A program made the position numbers and the translations under genes. 64,000 nt of DNA from Octopus bimaculoides (lineage: Eukaryota), in assembly GCF_001194135.2 (NCBI RefSeq), contig NC_068984.1:83657438-83721437 (forward strand), read 5' to 3'. The notes beneath the pieces were generated by a model. The model searched no databases, had not been told where the DNA came from, and saw nothing but the letters and a program-made list of their open reading frames with translations. Below, piece by piece: positions 50,900-64,000 of the stretch (positions are counted from its first letter, which is position 1; each line of letters opens with the position of its first letter).

Positions 50900-52190
50900 A
50901 TGGTGTCAGCACAGGGTTGTTTGTATTCTGAGTTCAAATCCTGCAGAGACAAACTTTACCTTTCGTTATTTCGGGTCTGATGTTATAAAATACAAATCTA
51001 GGGTGGTGGATTGAGGGAGTCGTTAGCGTGACGAATTAGGTGCCACGCGGTTTTTGCTTCGGTTCTTTGTAGTCTGAGTTAAAATTCTACCGTGACCTAC
51101 TAGCTACCTTAGCAAGGATTGGAAATTCATCTTGTACATTACCTGTAGTAGGCATGAATAGTATAAAATCTATCCATGGTTTACATTTTACTGGAAGTTT
51201 GTGATTCCTGAAGATACTTGGCTACTGTTACTTATTTTATCGACCATGGAAGAATGTGAAAGCAAAATAGTCCTCACAGTATTCGAACTTAGAATGTAAA
51301 GGGACATAACAAAATACTACAAGACATTTGGTTCACCCGCTCTAACGACTGAACCATCCACTGCCCTAAACCTAAATATAACGGTACGAACCAATCAGAC
51401 AATGAAGGCGCTTCTAGTAAGTCGCTCAACTCACTAGAAATGGCAGCCAAATCACACTCAAAATCTCAACGTAACTGTCTTAAGAAAAAGAATGGACAGA
51501 TTGAATAATGTAATCCTCAATATGACAACAGGAAAAGTCATAAGTGGAACATCTATGGTAGTAAACTTGCTCGATAAGAGCTGATAAGGAGAGGCCACCA
51601 ACAGCATCTACACCATATTTGAGCTTAAATATAGTAAACCCAGGTTCTCTCATAAGAATTCTAAGTCCACGATATGGTAATAAATGGTGCTTTGTCTTTA
51701 TTCTTATTTTTTTCTGGATCACCACACTGACAGGCTTAAATATTGTAACACATGGTTCTTTGAAAGCGATTGTATACTGGTATATAGAGAACCTCAAAAT
51801 TGATCTCGTAGCGATCTCTACATAGAAAATATAGTGGTTGGTTCATAATGATTTGTAGTCTAGAATAGATCATAAGTATTGGAGGAGTGTAGTTGTTAAG
51901 AACGACTCCAATATTTTACTCGAGACAGTGAACTGACAGAGTCATTAAGGCATTCAATAAAATACCTTACAGTATTTGTTACGGACCGTTGCGCTCGAAG
52001 TTAAATTCCACTGATGGTGTCAACTTTACCTTTCATCCTTCGTGAGTCGCTAAATAATGCACCAGTCAGAGTGTTGGGTCAGCGGGCAAGTTAGAACATC
52101 GGACGAGTTACTTCGTGATATTCGTTCCAGTTTTCTGCGTTCTGACTTCAAATTTCGCCATTAGCCACTCGTTGCCTTCATCGAAAATTT
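50900..52190. mobile_element. Cluster of old, degenerate SINE family A copies in both orientations
   Basis: Repeated B-box and core remnants (tctgagttcaaatcc, aactttacctttcatcctt, ttatcgacc..gaagaatg..aaagcaaa). Confidence 0.5.
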
Positions 52191-55100
52191 TAATCCAACA
52201 GACTCACTAAGATAGTGAGAGGACCAAACTAAATACCTTACACTAGACTGCATGAATTTTATCCTTTCATATTTGGAATCCAGTTATAAATGAATGTGTG
52301 TGCCTGGCTGTCTGTTTGTGCATGCGCGCATGCGTATGCCTATATGCTTAGTCTCTGTGCGTGTGTGCGTGTGTGTGTGCGCGCGCGCGTGTATGTGTGT
52401 GTACCATTGCTACTGATAATGTTATTTAGCGCCAATTTAACCTGAGCCAGGTGACTTAACATCGAAGGCATTTCAACAGTCATTATCTCACTTTGTAACA
52501 GACTGTATCTAGTAACGTGGTTTTTTTTTAAACAGTAGTGTATGATTTGTAGCAGATTTGATTTCTATTTCTAATAAGTCGAACGACCACATAGAAGCCT
52601 CCACGTTGACTAGTTCCTCTGTTTGGTCGAGAATATGGCTAAAGTTGGTTCTCCAGCAATGACTCGGTTCCAAATACATCAGTGACTCCTCAGGATGCTG
52701 CATGCCTTACTGTTTTCATTGGCTTCCAGTTGGTTTACTTACACGACTGGAAACTGGTCAGCACCAATCCGTGAGTCATGGTTTTTGTTGCTTATTTCTT
52801 TCTTTTCATACCATCAAATCCACCACGTTCAGAGATCAATTCAAAGGTATTACCTTTTCTTCTTTGTCTGAACAATAAGCAATACAACAAGAATTGGAGC
52901 CATCCCAATAGTGAAGTCAACCAACAGAACTTGACTATCAAAATAAATGTTATATGTTGGTTGCCTGCATAGATTTTGTCATATATGCCTTAGCCACAGG
53001 ACTGTCTTCTGCTGTTTGACCCGTAACTAGGGCTCTTGACAAGTACCACCGCCCCGAGCCCAGAGCGGGCCTGGAAGAAGTGAAGGCTAAGGACTGATTC
53101 CATACTTCCCAAACTCCTGAATCCCCGAGCTAGAGCCTCAACACCGAATACAATTTAAGCCTTGTCTAGGACAAATTTGCATTAAATAGCATCCTTTTAC
53201 AGAAAAAAATTACAATATAGTCTGCTTATATACGTTTTACGTAAAGTGTCCTGGTATATCAACATACAGAATAGTTCTTAATATACAGCAGCAAAAATCT
53301 ATTTTCTTAGAAACAAATATTTGTGCCACACAAGCGATACTGAATGCATTGTTTCTGTAGCATTCTAGACTGTCGGACTTAATACAGGATGCTCACAACA
53401 CATGGTTTAGCATCAGAAATTATTATCAAAACTTCCAGACCTAAACGTGAAAGGAATCATTTTTAACTGAATCAGAAATTTAGTTGAAGAAAGTCAAAGT
53501 TCATGTTACAGAGAAATAGTAAGTGGGCTTGAGTGGAGTGAAAAAGTTGATCTTTTTTTGGCGCACTTCGTTAGGCCTCTTTTCGTTTGCCGTTTTCATA
53601 AATAAAATACGATAGTTGTTGAAAGTATAAATGCAAGATTTATTTACTGATGAAACAGCGCTATTGAAGACTGTGTAGCATAATATGATTACTGAGCTGT
53701 TGTAAGAGAATCTAAACTAATTCAATTCACGGTTTGATCAATGACACTTAACCTTTTAATGTGCAAAACCGTACGTACTTCAAATAACCGAACCTATCTT
53801 AGTAAAATAACTATATCATCCACCTTGTTGCAGAAGAGAAGGCGTTTGGCAGAATCATTTATATGTCTTCAACAATATCACGTTCGTTATTTAATTCGCT
53901 AACACCAATTTTGAGTCCACGCCATTCTGGAGCACTGCCTCAGGCAACATACTTTCAATTCCATGGAATATTCATTACCGTTTTATTACCATTTACAATA
54001 AATATTTTTGAATTTGCTTAGTGCTCACATTTTTTACATGTGCGTGTTGTTGGTGGTGGTGATGGTTGGGGCAGGTGATGACAGTGTTGTTGTCGTTTAG
54101 CTCTCGAGTTCAGCTCTGACCAAGACATTCAAAGATCAAATGCATATCAGTCCTGAACATTTCTTTTTTAAATGTATTTATATCAACAAAAGCACAAACA
54201 AAACGTTGCTTTGAATAAACGCGTACATAAAATCATATGCAGTATGTTAGATTTTCTACAATATGTTAAACGAATAATTAAATTAATTGTATTTATAAAA
54301 TATTGTAAAAGCGAAATAGCAAAAGTGTTGGATAGAAGATCTTGCGGTATTCATTCTTGCTGTCATTGCCGCGACCCATTTTGGTTTTCATCGCTTTGGG
54401 GTTAATAAACGACTTGTCGAGTACTGGGGTTAGTTATCCCATACTTCTCTCCCTTTCTTATTCAATCCGCTCTGTTGAAGAACACAAGAAAGGAGTGCTC
54501 ACATTGCAGACCCATTAATTCTTTCCCCACCACTTGTCGATTTGCTATGAAAGATAATGTACGTATGTAGGACTACGTTTATGCTACGCATCCTATTTTG
54601 TGTGAGACAGAAGGCTGCATCGTGCTGTTATCTCTCTTTCTGTCTCTTGTCTGAGTAGAGCTTCTGATCTTGGAGCCGTACCCAATAATTTGGATTATAT
54701 TTATTAGTGATTGATTTATGTAGTCCTTATAGTGACTGTTTGTCAAGAAGTACCCCTAAAAAGTTGAGATGTCTACGGTTAGAATGTTTTGACCATATGT
54801 CTTCAACAATAACAGAACAGTAACCAAATTTCTAACTACATTAAAGGAACTGTTAAAGAAAACAGACCTTATTTTTTTAAAAAAAGCCCTTATATGAGTT
54901 TAATATTCCGTAAACATAACGGCTAAAATTTAAAAATAAAAATCATTCGAAACATATTAGAAAAATAAGCAACCAGTCTTCCGCCTTATCCTCTATAGTT
55001 GTTATAAAGCTAAACTTAACAACCTCTGATGGTTTCTTGACATATCTATAACATACATCACCAAACTCTACTATTTCTTTAAAGGCTCTCTACAAATATC

Positions 55101-55329
55101 AAATAAGGCCCACTGTGGAACGGTATTGTTGTTACTGCCGCTGCGACAGCTACTGCCCACACAAAAGCACAACAAACTACACCCAAAACAAAACGGTCAG
55201 GCTGATTGCCAAGATCTCATTTACTCACCTTAAACATGTTATGTCATTAATTTGATACAACTTATTGTCCGATCGTTGCTGAATTGTTTATTCTTTATTT
55301 TCATGTATAAAATATAACCGTTAATTGAT

Positions 55330-56026
55330 TATTCTGTATTTTACAGCTTTGATAATGAGCGGTGAAAAGATTGCAATTAAAGCTATTTTATGCTCCGTAG
55401 GAAAAAAAAAAGGACTGAGTGAAAGGGCAGCGACAAAAGAAATTAATGGTGTGGAAGGCCTAGGAACTGTCAACGAACATGCAGACCTTTCAAGGAAGGT
55501 AACACCAGCCTCGAAGACAAACCAAAGCCAGAGAAGGTTTCTACTGTGGAAGATAAGACCTTTCTTGAGATGGATGAACAAAATCCAAGCACAAGTACTC
55601 GTTCATTGTCGGTAGAACTTGATCGTTCACAAAGCACCATCTATTGACACCTCTGTAAGCTCGGCCTTGTGAACAGACACTGTCGTGAAGGCCCTCATGA
55701 ATTGACCAATGACTAGGCTCAGCCGTGTGAACATTTGCGATCAACTACTGGTAAAACTTCGAGAAACTCGTTTTTGGCGTCGAATTGTAACCGGGAGTGA
55801 AAAAGATGGATCTGTTTTCGTAATCTTAATAAGAGAAATCCGTATCTTCATTCCGACCAGACTTCAGAACCTATCGTTAAACAAGGGTAGTTTGACGAGA
55901 AGGCCATTTTGTGTGTTTGGTGGAATTGCGATGGGGTGTTGCATTTTGAGCATTAATTTTAAACTCAAGTTTTTCTCTCGAGCTAAACCTCAAGCGCAAC
56001 ATTCTGAGCAATCTCGAAAGACCTGA
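55330..56026 (+). pseudogene. mariner transposase relic
   Basis: AATKEINGVEGLGTVNE, EGNTSLEDKP, ELDRSQSTI, GPHEL (WVPHEL motif), FWRRIVTGSEK (IVTGDEKW) and AILCVWWNCDGVLHFE, across several frameshifts and stops. Confidence 0.85.
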
Positions 56027-57076
56027 GAAAATAATAAGTAGAAAACTTCATCTTGATTATAAATAATCGATGAACTGACCTCCTAATACCTGTCCAGTAT
56101 TCATTTTATCGATCTAAAGGGATTAAAGACAAAGTTGATGCCAGTGTGATTTGAACTCGACTCTATTACATCGACCAAAACAAGTACCTTGATGTCTATA
56201 AAATATTTGCGCCATTTACACTATTCACTGCTCTTGGGAAAATACGGTATAGTCACGGTTGGAATGTTTTAAAAATAGATTTATTCAATCGTAGATCATC
56301 GTTGTTGTGGTTGTTGTTTGGCTGAGGTTAAACCACGATGACGACGCCTACGACAACGTCGACGACGAAAACGAGCATTGATTTTAAATTAGATATATTG
56401 CATGACACAAAACTGGAATTAGTTGCCAAGTGAAGGTGCCAAGGCAAAGACAGGCATCTGATGCACAATACATTTGGAATATACTTTTAATACAAAATAA
56501 TGGCCGTGCCAATGAGGTTAACTTCTACACAATCGATCAACCTTTCGAGATTAGAAAGAGCAGCAAAATTTCTCTCAGATGACACTATTTTGTTTTTGTG
56601 GTTGTTTTTCTAATAAAGCTCATCGAATAATGTAATGCTAGATAGTCGAAAAGATAGGATGATCGAGGCTGGAACAGTCTGATCTGTGGCTAACCAACTG
56701 CTGCAATGGCTCATTACAAACGAGATGGCATTTACAAGTTATGGTTGCAGCCGTTTTATAACAACGATCCACTAAAGAGTTAGCTACCAGCATCTTACTT
56801 TGTTTTTATTGCATAGAGTGTGTTCGAAGAGAAGGACGGGGCGGGGTGTATTTATGAATGATTCTGTGTGGTGAGATTGATGCGGTTACTATTCATTTTC
56901 AATAACTGAATGTTGATGTCAGCAGGTAAAATGTATGAGAGGAGTGGGAATCCCAAACCGCTTCAGTTCAGGGAAGGGATAGACAGGAAGAAGTGTTTGT
57001 GATGGGATCTGAGAGGTGAGGCACGATAAGTGTCTTGGGAGGAAGAGAAATGAATGCTTTTGAAGAAAGGGAGTAT

Positions 57077-57290
57077 GTAGCGGTGAGCCGGCTGAATCGT
57101 TAGCGCACCGGAAATAATGTTTAGCGGTATTTCATCCGTCTTTACGTTCTGAGTTCAAATGTCACTGCGGTCGACTTTGCCTTTCCTCCTTTCGGGGTCG
57201 ATGAAATAACTGCCAGTTGAGCACTGGGATCAATGTAATCGACTAACCCTCTACTCTAAAATTTCAGGCCTTTTGCCTGTTATATAAAGG
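57077..57290 (+). mobile_element. SINE family A, near full length
   Basis: gcggtgagccggctgaatcgttagc head, tctgagttcaaat B-box, gactttgcctttcctcctttcggggtcgat core, caggccttttgcct tail. Confidence 0.85.
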
Positions 57291-57739
57291 AATATAAATA
57301 GCAGAGAGATGACACACCCTACCCAATAGCCATGTTGATGGTATTGTTAACTGAGAAGGTGATTCTTCGCGTAAATAAAGATGGCAAAGAAGAGATAGCA
57401 GAGAGCGCAGCTGTTGTTGAATCATGAAGACAACGTTTTTCTGGGGGGGAAGGGGTTCTTTTAATTTTCCTTTTCTTTTTTTTAATTCAGAATAGTCATT
57501 TCCGGTGGTGATGGGATAACAACAGTTGGAGCGGTTGTGGGTTTCAGTTTTCCATATTCTTGTTTCAATTCCTGTCCTTTTGGAGATTGATTTTAGCTAA
57601 CCTCTCTTTTTTTCTTTTTCTTTTTTTTTTTTTTTTTGCCTTAACAGCAGAAAGGCTATCTTCGTGGTATTTTCCTGGTGGTTACTTCAATGAGGAGTAT
57701 TTGAGAAAATCTCTCTTCTTTCATTTTAACTACATGTCT

Positions 57740-58720
57740 TAACCATCGCAGCCAGTGTTGATTCTATGCTTCGACATCATGGTTGATTCTATACTTCGGC
57801 AGTTGGCTTTTTCTTGTACATCATTGCTAATTAAGTAGTTCTCCCTTTCGATATTTAAGCCGACGCTGAGTTTTCGTTGATGGAAAATGTTCCAACGTTC
57901 TGATGTCCGGACGATAAAGTGTCCAAGTTTCACAACTGTAAAACGTTGAAATGACGACTGCTTGACAAACTATCAATTTCATTTTGTAGGTTAGATGATT
58001 ATTCTTAAATACCCATTTTGCTAGTTTTCCAAATGCTGGACAGGCTGTCCCAATTCTGTCTGAAATCCTATTCCAACGTTCATTTGTTTGAAAGTTTTGA
58101 AAGAGCTATCAGAGATAGTGATGTTGAAACCATTGAGGTTAGTCTTCAGAGCAGGTTGTGCGAGAATTTTAGTCTTCTTGATATTCACTATGAGACCGAA
58201 ATGATCATATTCATACGCACTAGCACAAGTATAAAGAGCATGGTGGCATGAATACAACGCTGCTTCAATCAAAATGTAATCGGAAATTGTTCAGAAAGTT
58301 TGTTTTGATGAAAAATACGACCTGATGTACCTTTGCTCAGTGCTTAGACCAGTGTGGTGAAGTGGTTTTGCCAACAAAAACGCTGAAAAGTCATCCATGT
58401 GATTTCCCTTGATACACTATCAAAAGTCTTATCCCGGTCGTAGAAGACAAAAGAAGAGCGGTTGTTCTTTGATTTGCTTGCACTTCTCTGTTGTTCTCTG
58501 CTTTTCTTGCGCGAAAATCATGTCGATTGTGTCACTAAAGGCTCGAAAACCGCTTTAAGTTTCGAGAACAATCGCAATGAAATGGAATGGTTCAGAAGGA
58601 TTTATGGAAATACTTTTCCAATAATAGACAGCAATGATATTTTTTAAATAATTCTCATGGAATTTTCTAGCTTTTTCCTTGAAGATGATGATAATAAACT
58701 GTAACCTTAAATTCATTTGG
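57740..58720 (-). mobile_element. Decayed RTE-clade LINE reverse transcriptase
   Basis: Frameshifted motifs in the correct order: IIGKVFP*ILLNH, GFRAFSDTIDMIFA, QPLFFVFYDRDKTFDSVSRE, FGLIVNIKKTKILAQP, ISNDVQE. Confidence 0.7.
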
Positions 58721-60721
58721 GAAACGGTAGTTTTCTCATATTTTCAGGATCAGGGTGAGAAACCTGGGTTTGAGAGGTGTTCTTTTTGAGAGATTTCACT
58801 AATTCAAGAAGGACGTTGTCCGATTTTGAGAATTTTCGTAGTTTCATTCTGTTCATGGTACTTTCAGACTCTCAAAATGCTGGTTATACATTTATCCATA
58901 GTTTTTCTAGACGATATGGGTTATTTCTCAAGAAATTTTCTGCTGTTATTGAATTTCAATTCCAAGGTGAAGCAAAATGTTCCTTCCAACATTCGGAAAA
59001 TAACTTGTGGATTTGTCAGGATGTTGGAGTTGCCTACAGCTAAAAGGTTGCCCGTTGATGTTCATATTGGGCCAAACAATTGCTTTATTCCAGCAAAGGA
59101 ATTCCTAAGAGCACAGGCACCTGCATAATTTTGAAGCTTTATCGCTTTCTGTTACCACCAGTTGTTTTGTTGTGTGTCTCTAAATTTAATTTGAGGTTGA
59201 TGCATAAATATTTGATAGTGAGTCTTTTAACATGTGAACTTATGATCTGCTAGTTGATTTCATAATTCAAATTTATGTGTGTATATGTGTGTGTGTGAGA
59301 GAGAAGGAAAGAGAGAGGGAGAAAGAGAGAGGTCGCTCCTAATTTTAGTTGGTGATTTAATTTCATATTCAATAAGATTCCTATCTTTATAAATTGAAAT
59401 TTTAAAATAGCAAACAGCCTAAATTAAAATAAGAAATAGTATTGGGCAATCCTAAAAATAGTCTAAACCGCTCTTTGCAGCCCAATCTACCAACCCTGGT
59501 TTATAATGTTCCATTGTAGTTCTTATCAATACTTATAGATACTTATCTATAACTACTATCGAGATTCAAATAGAATATTTTTCTACTTTAATTATAAGAT
59601 ATACAATTTCGATCTGATGAGATTTACATTGAGTAAGTGAATTGATAACACAGTATGGTTTGAAATATTTATCTTACGTTATTTTATGTTCTGTGTTCAA
59701 ATCCAATCACAGTCGACTTACCTCCTTTCACTCTTCTAGGATTGATAGAATAAGCAGTAGTGGGATGCCTGGTTTCATTTAATCAACTATTCTTTTCCCA
59801 CCAAAATATGAGGCGTGGCTGTATCTATGCACGTATTATGGAAATTTTTTGTTGTGATACAGCATTGGAGATGAAGAAAGATAAAATTCTGATTACTAAG
59901 TTGAATTATTTTAAACGTTCTTAAGTTATCTCTTACTCACATACACACAGACAGACATACATATGCATGCATACACATATACACATGGAGACATACCAAC
60001 ACATACACATATAAAGGAACCCACATACCTATATACACACAAGCACACATACTCATGCACACGCACATAGAGACACATGCACACACACACATATATACAT
60101 ACACTTATTTACATACACATATGTACATACACACATATTTACATATATGTGCCACACACACATACATGCATACATATGCGTACATGCCTGGATTCCTATG
60201 CAAACAAGCTTATACACATACACACACATACACACACAGGTGCAGACTTATGCAGACGCATACATAGATACAGACACACACATGCATATACATACACACC
60301 TACATGTTCATGCACATACGCATATACACATGAACACACACACACACACACATTTTATTGGGATTCCCCACAGTAAAATATCAATTCAAAGCGAGAGAAG
60401 GAAGCCTCTATTTGCACAATGGTTAGTTTCCTGGTGGGGGGGGCCTCACGGGTCTAGGGACCTGATTCTGATCAATGTTTGTTGAGGCTTGCGATCAGTA
60501 ATGCAGCTTATAATGCTGCTAAGACAGTCTTGCCGGTATAGTCACTCGACGTGTTAGGATTAGCAACCAAATCTCTCCCCACAAATCATTCCTTAACGTC
60601 TTTGAAAATCAACACACTGGATAATGTATTCTCTAGCACATTAAATAAGTCAGGATGGCCATGGTTTGATCGCTGTTTGATCATAGGTCGACTCATCAGG
60701 ACTAACCAGGGTTACGCAATA

Positions 60722-60943
60722 ATTATTCCCTTCCAATTTTGGCACACGGCCAACAATTTTCTGGAGAGGGGAAAGTCGATTACATCGTTCCCCAGTGTTC
60801 AATAGGTTCTTAATTTATCGACCCCGAAAGGATAAAAGGTAAAGTCGACCTCGTCGGCATTTGAACACACCGTAAAAGAGCCGGAAGAAATATTACTAAG
60901 CATTTTGTCCGGCACCGTAATGATTCTGCCAGTTAGCCACCTT
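60722..60943 (-). mobile_element. SINE family A, near full length
   Basis: ttttggcacacggccaac tail, atcgaccccgaaaggataaaaggtaaagtcgacctc core, gattctgccagttagccacctt head. Confidence 0.85.
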
Positions 60944-61516
60944 CGGTGCTAAACAATAATAACAAGATCAATTAGAAAAAAGGGAGATTTGTAATATTTG
61001 GAAAATTTTGCCGTCTTCTGTAAAATCGGAAAAGACAATTTCAGTTCTGGTATTAATCGACTTTAGAACCGAAAAAAATATGCACATTCATGAGAAAATC
61101 CCACCTGCTCCAATTTCTAGTATTTCATCATCTCCTCCACATAAGAAGTAAAGAATGAAAACAGAAGAAAATCAATAGCTGAATGCATTGCTATAAACTG
61201 AAGCATGTGTTCTTGGACAATGATCACGGAAAAAACCGGATGTTTGAAAGAAGTAGACAAAAATAGACACAATCCAGGGAACACCTAGCAAATGATACAG
61301 TACCACCAACGCCACAACACCAACGCCACCAGCATCACCACCAGTACCAGCACTCGTTCGAATATTGTCAACATAGTTACCACCTCTGCTACTACTACTA
61401 CTAGGTTTATTTTATACTAGGTCAACATGCTTCCAGATTTCGAGACTAAATATTCTCTCCCCCACTCTCTCTTTCTATTTCTCTCTGTCCCTCTCTCTCT
61501 CTCTCTGTTTATCTCT

Positions 61517-61568
<52 letters not shown>

Positions 61569-61571
61569 ATT

Positions 61572-61639
<68 letters not shown>

Positions 61640-62028
61640 CGCTTATCTTTATTACATCCGACGATTCGCAGCTTGCTGGCACACGAGGCTAAACTATTGA
61701 TGCTAAATATATTACCTTCTCCGAATATAGAAAGCAGAGGCGTTTTCCCTCCCCGCCACACACACACACACACACACACACACTTCTGAAATGTAGCTGT
61801 TGTCGATGTTGTTTACAGTAGCTTTTTTACCGCAGAATTGCCATTACGAACATTATAATTATATACTTTTAAATATATTAATATACCTTTACAACGTTAT
61901 ACAAGAATTTTGACAAATAACATATATATATACACACACACACACAGTGACGCAGAAAAACATGATTAGGCTTGAGCACTACTACGTGTAATCTATTTTG
62001 AGCATTATTAGATCACACCTGTTGACTG

Positions 62029-62065
<37 letters not shown>

Positions 62066-63065
62066 NNNNNNNNNNNNNNNNNNNNNNNNNNNNNNNNNNN
62101 NNNNNNNNNNNNNNNNNNNNNNNNNNNNNNNNNNNNNNNNNNNNNNNNNNNNNNNNNNNNNNNNNNNNNNNNNNNNNNNNNNNNNNNNNNNNNNNNNNNN
62201 NNNNNNNNNNNNNNNNNNNNNNNNNNNNNNNNNNNNNNNNNNNNNNNNNNNNNNNNNNNNNNNNNNNNNNNNNNNNNNNNNNNNNNNNNNNNNNNNNNNN
62301 NNNNNNNNNNNNNNNNNNNNNNNNNNNNNNNNNNNNNNNNNNNNNNNNNNNNNNNNNNNNNNNNNNNNNNNNNNNNNNNNNNNNNNNNNNNNNNNNNNNN
62401 NNNNNNNNNNNNNNNNNNNNNNNNNNNNNNNNNNNNNNNNNNNNNNNNNNNNNNNNNNNNNNNNNNNNNNNNNNNNNNNNNNNNNNNNNNNNNNNNNNNN
62501 NNNNNNNNNNNNNNNNNNNNNNNNNNNNNNNNNNNNNNNNATATATATATATATATATATATACATACACATATATGTGTGTGTGTGTACATATATTTAC
62601 ATATACATATATACACATACGTGTGTATGTATGTATGTATGTATGTATGTATGTATGTATGTATGTATGTATGTATGTATGTGCGTATGTATGTGTGTAT
62701 GTATGTGTAAGCACGCTTAAAGAGTAGCACTATCACCAATAAGGCAACACATTCCCTTACTCATTCCGCCATCACAATCAGGGAGATAACCCAAAAACGA
62801 AATACGCCTTCATGAATGAGAGTAGGAATCGATGGTGCTCTGTGATTGGTCCAAAAGTCATGCTCTCTCACAACATGTGAATGAAAGTGCGGAAACGCAT
62901 GCTAGCAAACGTGTTGGACAATTTTGTAAATAACATATTAATTGATTACTTCTCCTTTTTTTCCTCACTCTCTTCCTCTCACCCTCTTCCTCTCTCACTC
63001 ACTCTCTTTACACATACACACATATATACGCGTGTGCTTGTATGTGTGTATGTGTGTATACATAA

Positions 63066-63097
<32 letters not shown>

Positions 63098-63699
63098 CCA
63101 TATAAATATTTATGTACGTATGTCTATATATGTACATACATAAGAAAGTGTATTTTATGCAGACGAGGATACATATATTCACGTGTGCCTACATACACAA
63201 TACAAGATGTAATTATATGCATACACATATATGCACTCGTGTGTGTGTATGTGTGTGTGTGCGCATCTGTGTTTGTGTCTGTGTGTTTGTGCTTATGTAT
63301 GCGTGCCGCAGAAAGATGTGTTACATCACTACGCATTTGTACAAATATCGTTCCGTTTAATTCACGCGGGCGCACAGACGATCGCACAAACACACAAGAA
63401 GCTATAAACCACACCTTCAGCACATTTCCAGCGAAAGCCATATATGGACATTGCTCAACTATTTCGGTTGATATCGAACTAAAATAGAGCTGCTGTACGG
63501 CTCAATCAAAACAAGGAAATACTTAATGAAATAGGTTAACTGATGGAGACGTGGGGAACAGTATGTTTGAATGTATGTATGTATGTATGTAGGTAGGTAG
63601 GTAGGTAGGTATATGTGTATGTATGTATGTTTGTTCGTTTGTTTGTACGTACGTATAGTATTTACAAGTTGTAATAATTGAGGACAAACAAATTATGGC

Positions 63700-64000
63700 T
63701 CGATTGTGGCTTCGCAACAGCGTAATTCCAGTTTCGATTCCAATGCGTAGCATTTTGGTCACTGTCTTTTACTATAATCTTCGCATGGATAGTGGATTTT
63801 GGTAGTAGGAAAACTTATAGAGAAGCCCGTTTGAATGATTGCGTTCCTGATTTGGGGAAATAGTAAACTTTCTCTGCCGCCAGGTTTAATGCAACCACCT
63901 GGACCTTAAGCATCTTTAAGTGTCTTCTATTATAGGCTCAGGCCGACCAATGCTTTCTGAGTGAATTTGGTAGTAGACGGAAACTCCGTGAAAGATCGTC
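63700..64000 (+). mobile_element. Two degenerate copies of a further SINE-like repeat
   Basis: gtctt.tact/tattata..., ggat/gaatttggtagta..gaaact...gaagcccg/aaagatcg motifs occur twice; tRNA-like gtttcgattcc precedes the first copy. Confidence 0.5.

Noticed and set aside
58720-59200. Possible 5' continuation of the RTE relic
   Set aside because: Too decayed to recognise motifs, so it was left out of the feature span.

Overview
AT-rich, microsatellite-dense metazoan genomic DNA with 14 assembly gaps. The SINE/LINE repertoire and repeat density suggest a coleoid cephalopod such as Octopus (inference). One host gene can be reconstructed: a minus-strand, four-coding-exon calmodulin/myosin-light-chain-superfamily gene, join(38608..38533, 28628..28488, 14856..14605, 1064..1015), 519 nt, 172 aa. 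All three introns are phase 1 and sit at calmodulin-equivalent positions, the EF-hand loops are mostly degenerate, the N-terminus is MG- and the C-terminus is -RCCL. The rest is intron/intergenic DNA containing decayed mobile elements: at least three tRNA-derived SINE families, two R4/Dong-like RLE LINEs, two RTE LINE relics, a Jockey/CR1-group RT relic, a Penelope-like GIY-YIG relic, a mariner relic and hAT MITEs. Most ORFs in the track are microsatellite or gap artefacts. The most unusual structure is a set of type-I minimal hammerhead-ribozyme-like motifs. The best one (21982-22026, complete catalytic core) sits in the loop of a 148-bp, about 92% identical inverted repeat and is sense to the host pre-mRNA. 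No ribozyme activity or expression can be shown from sequence alone.
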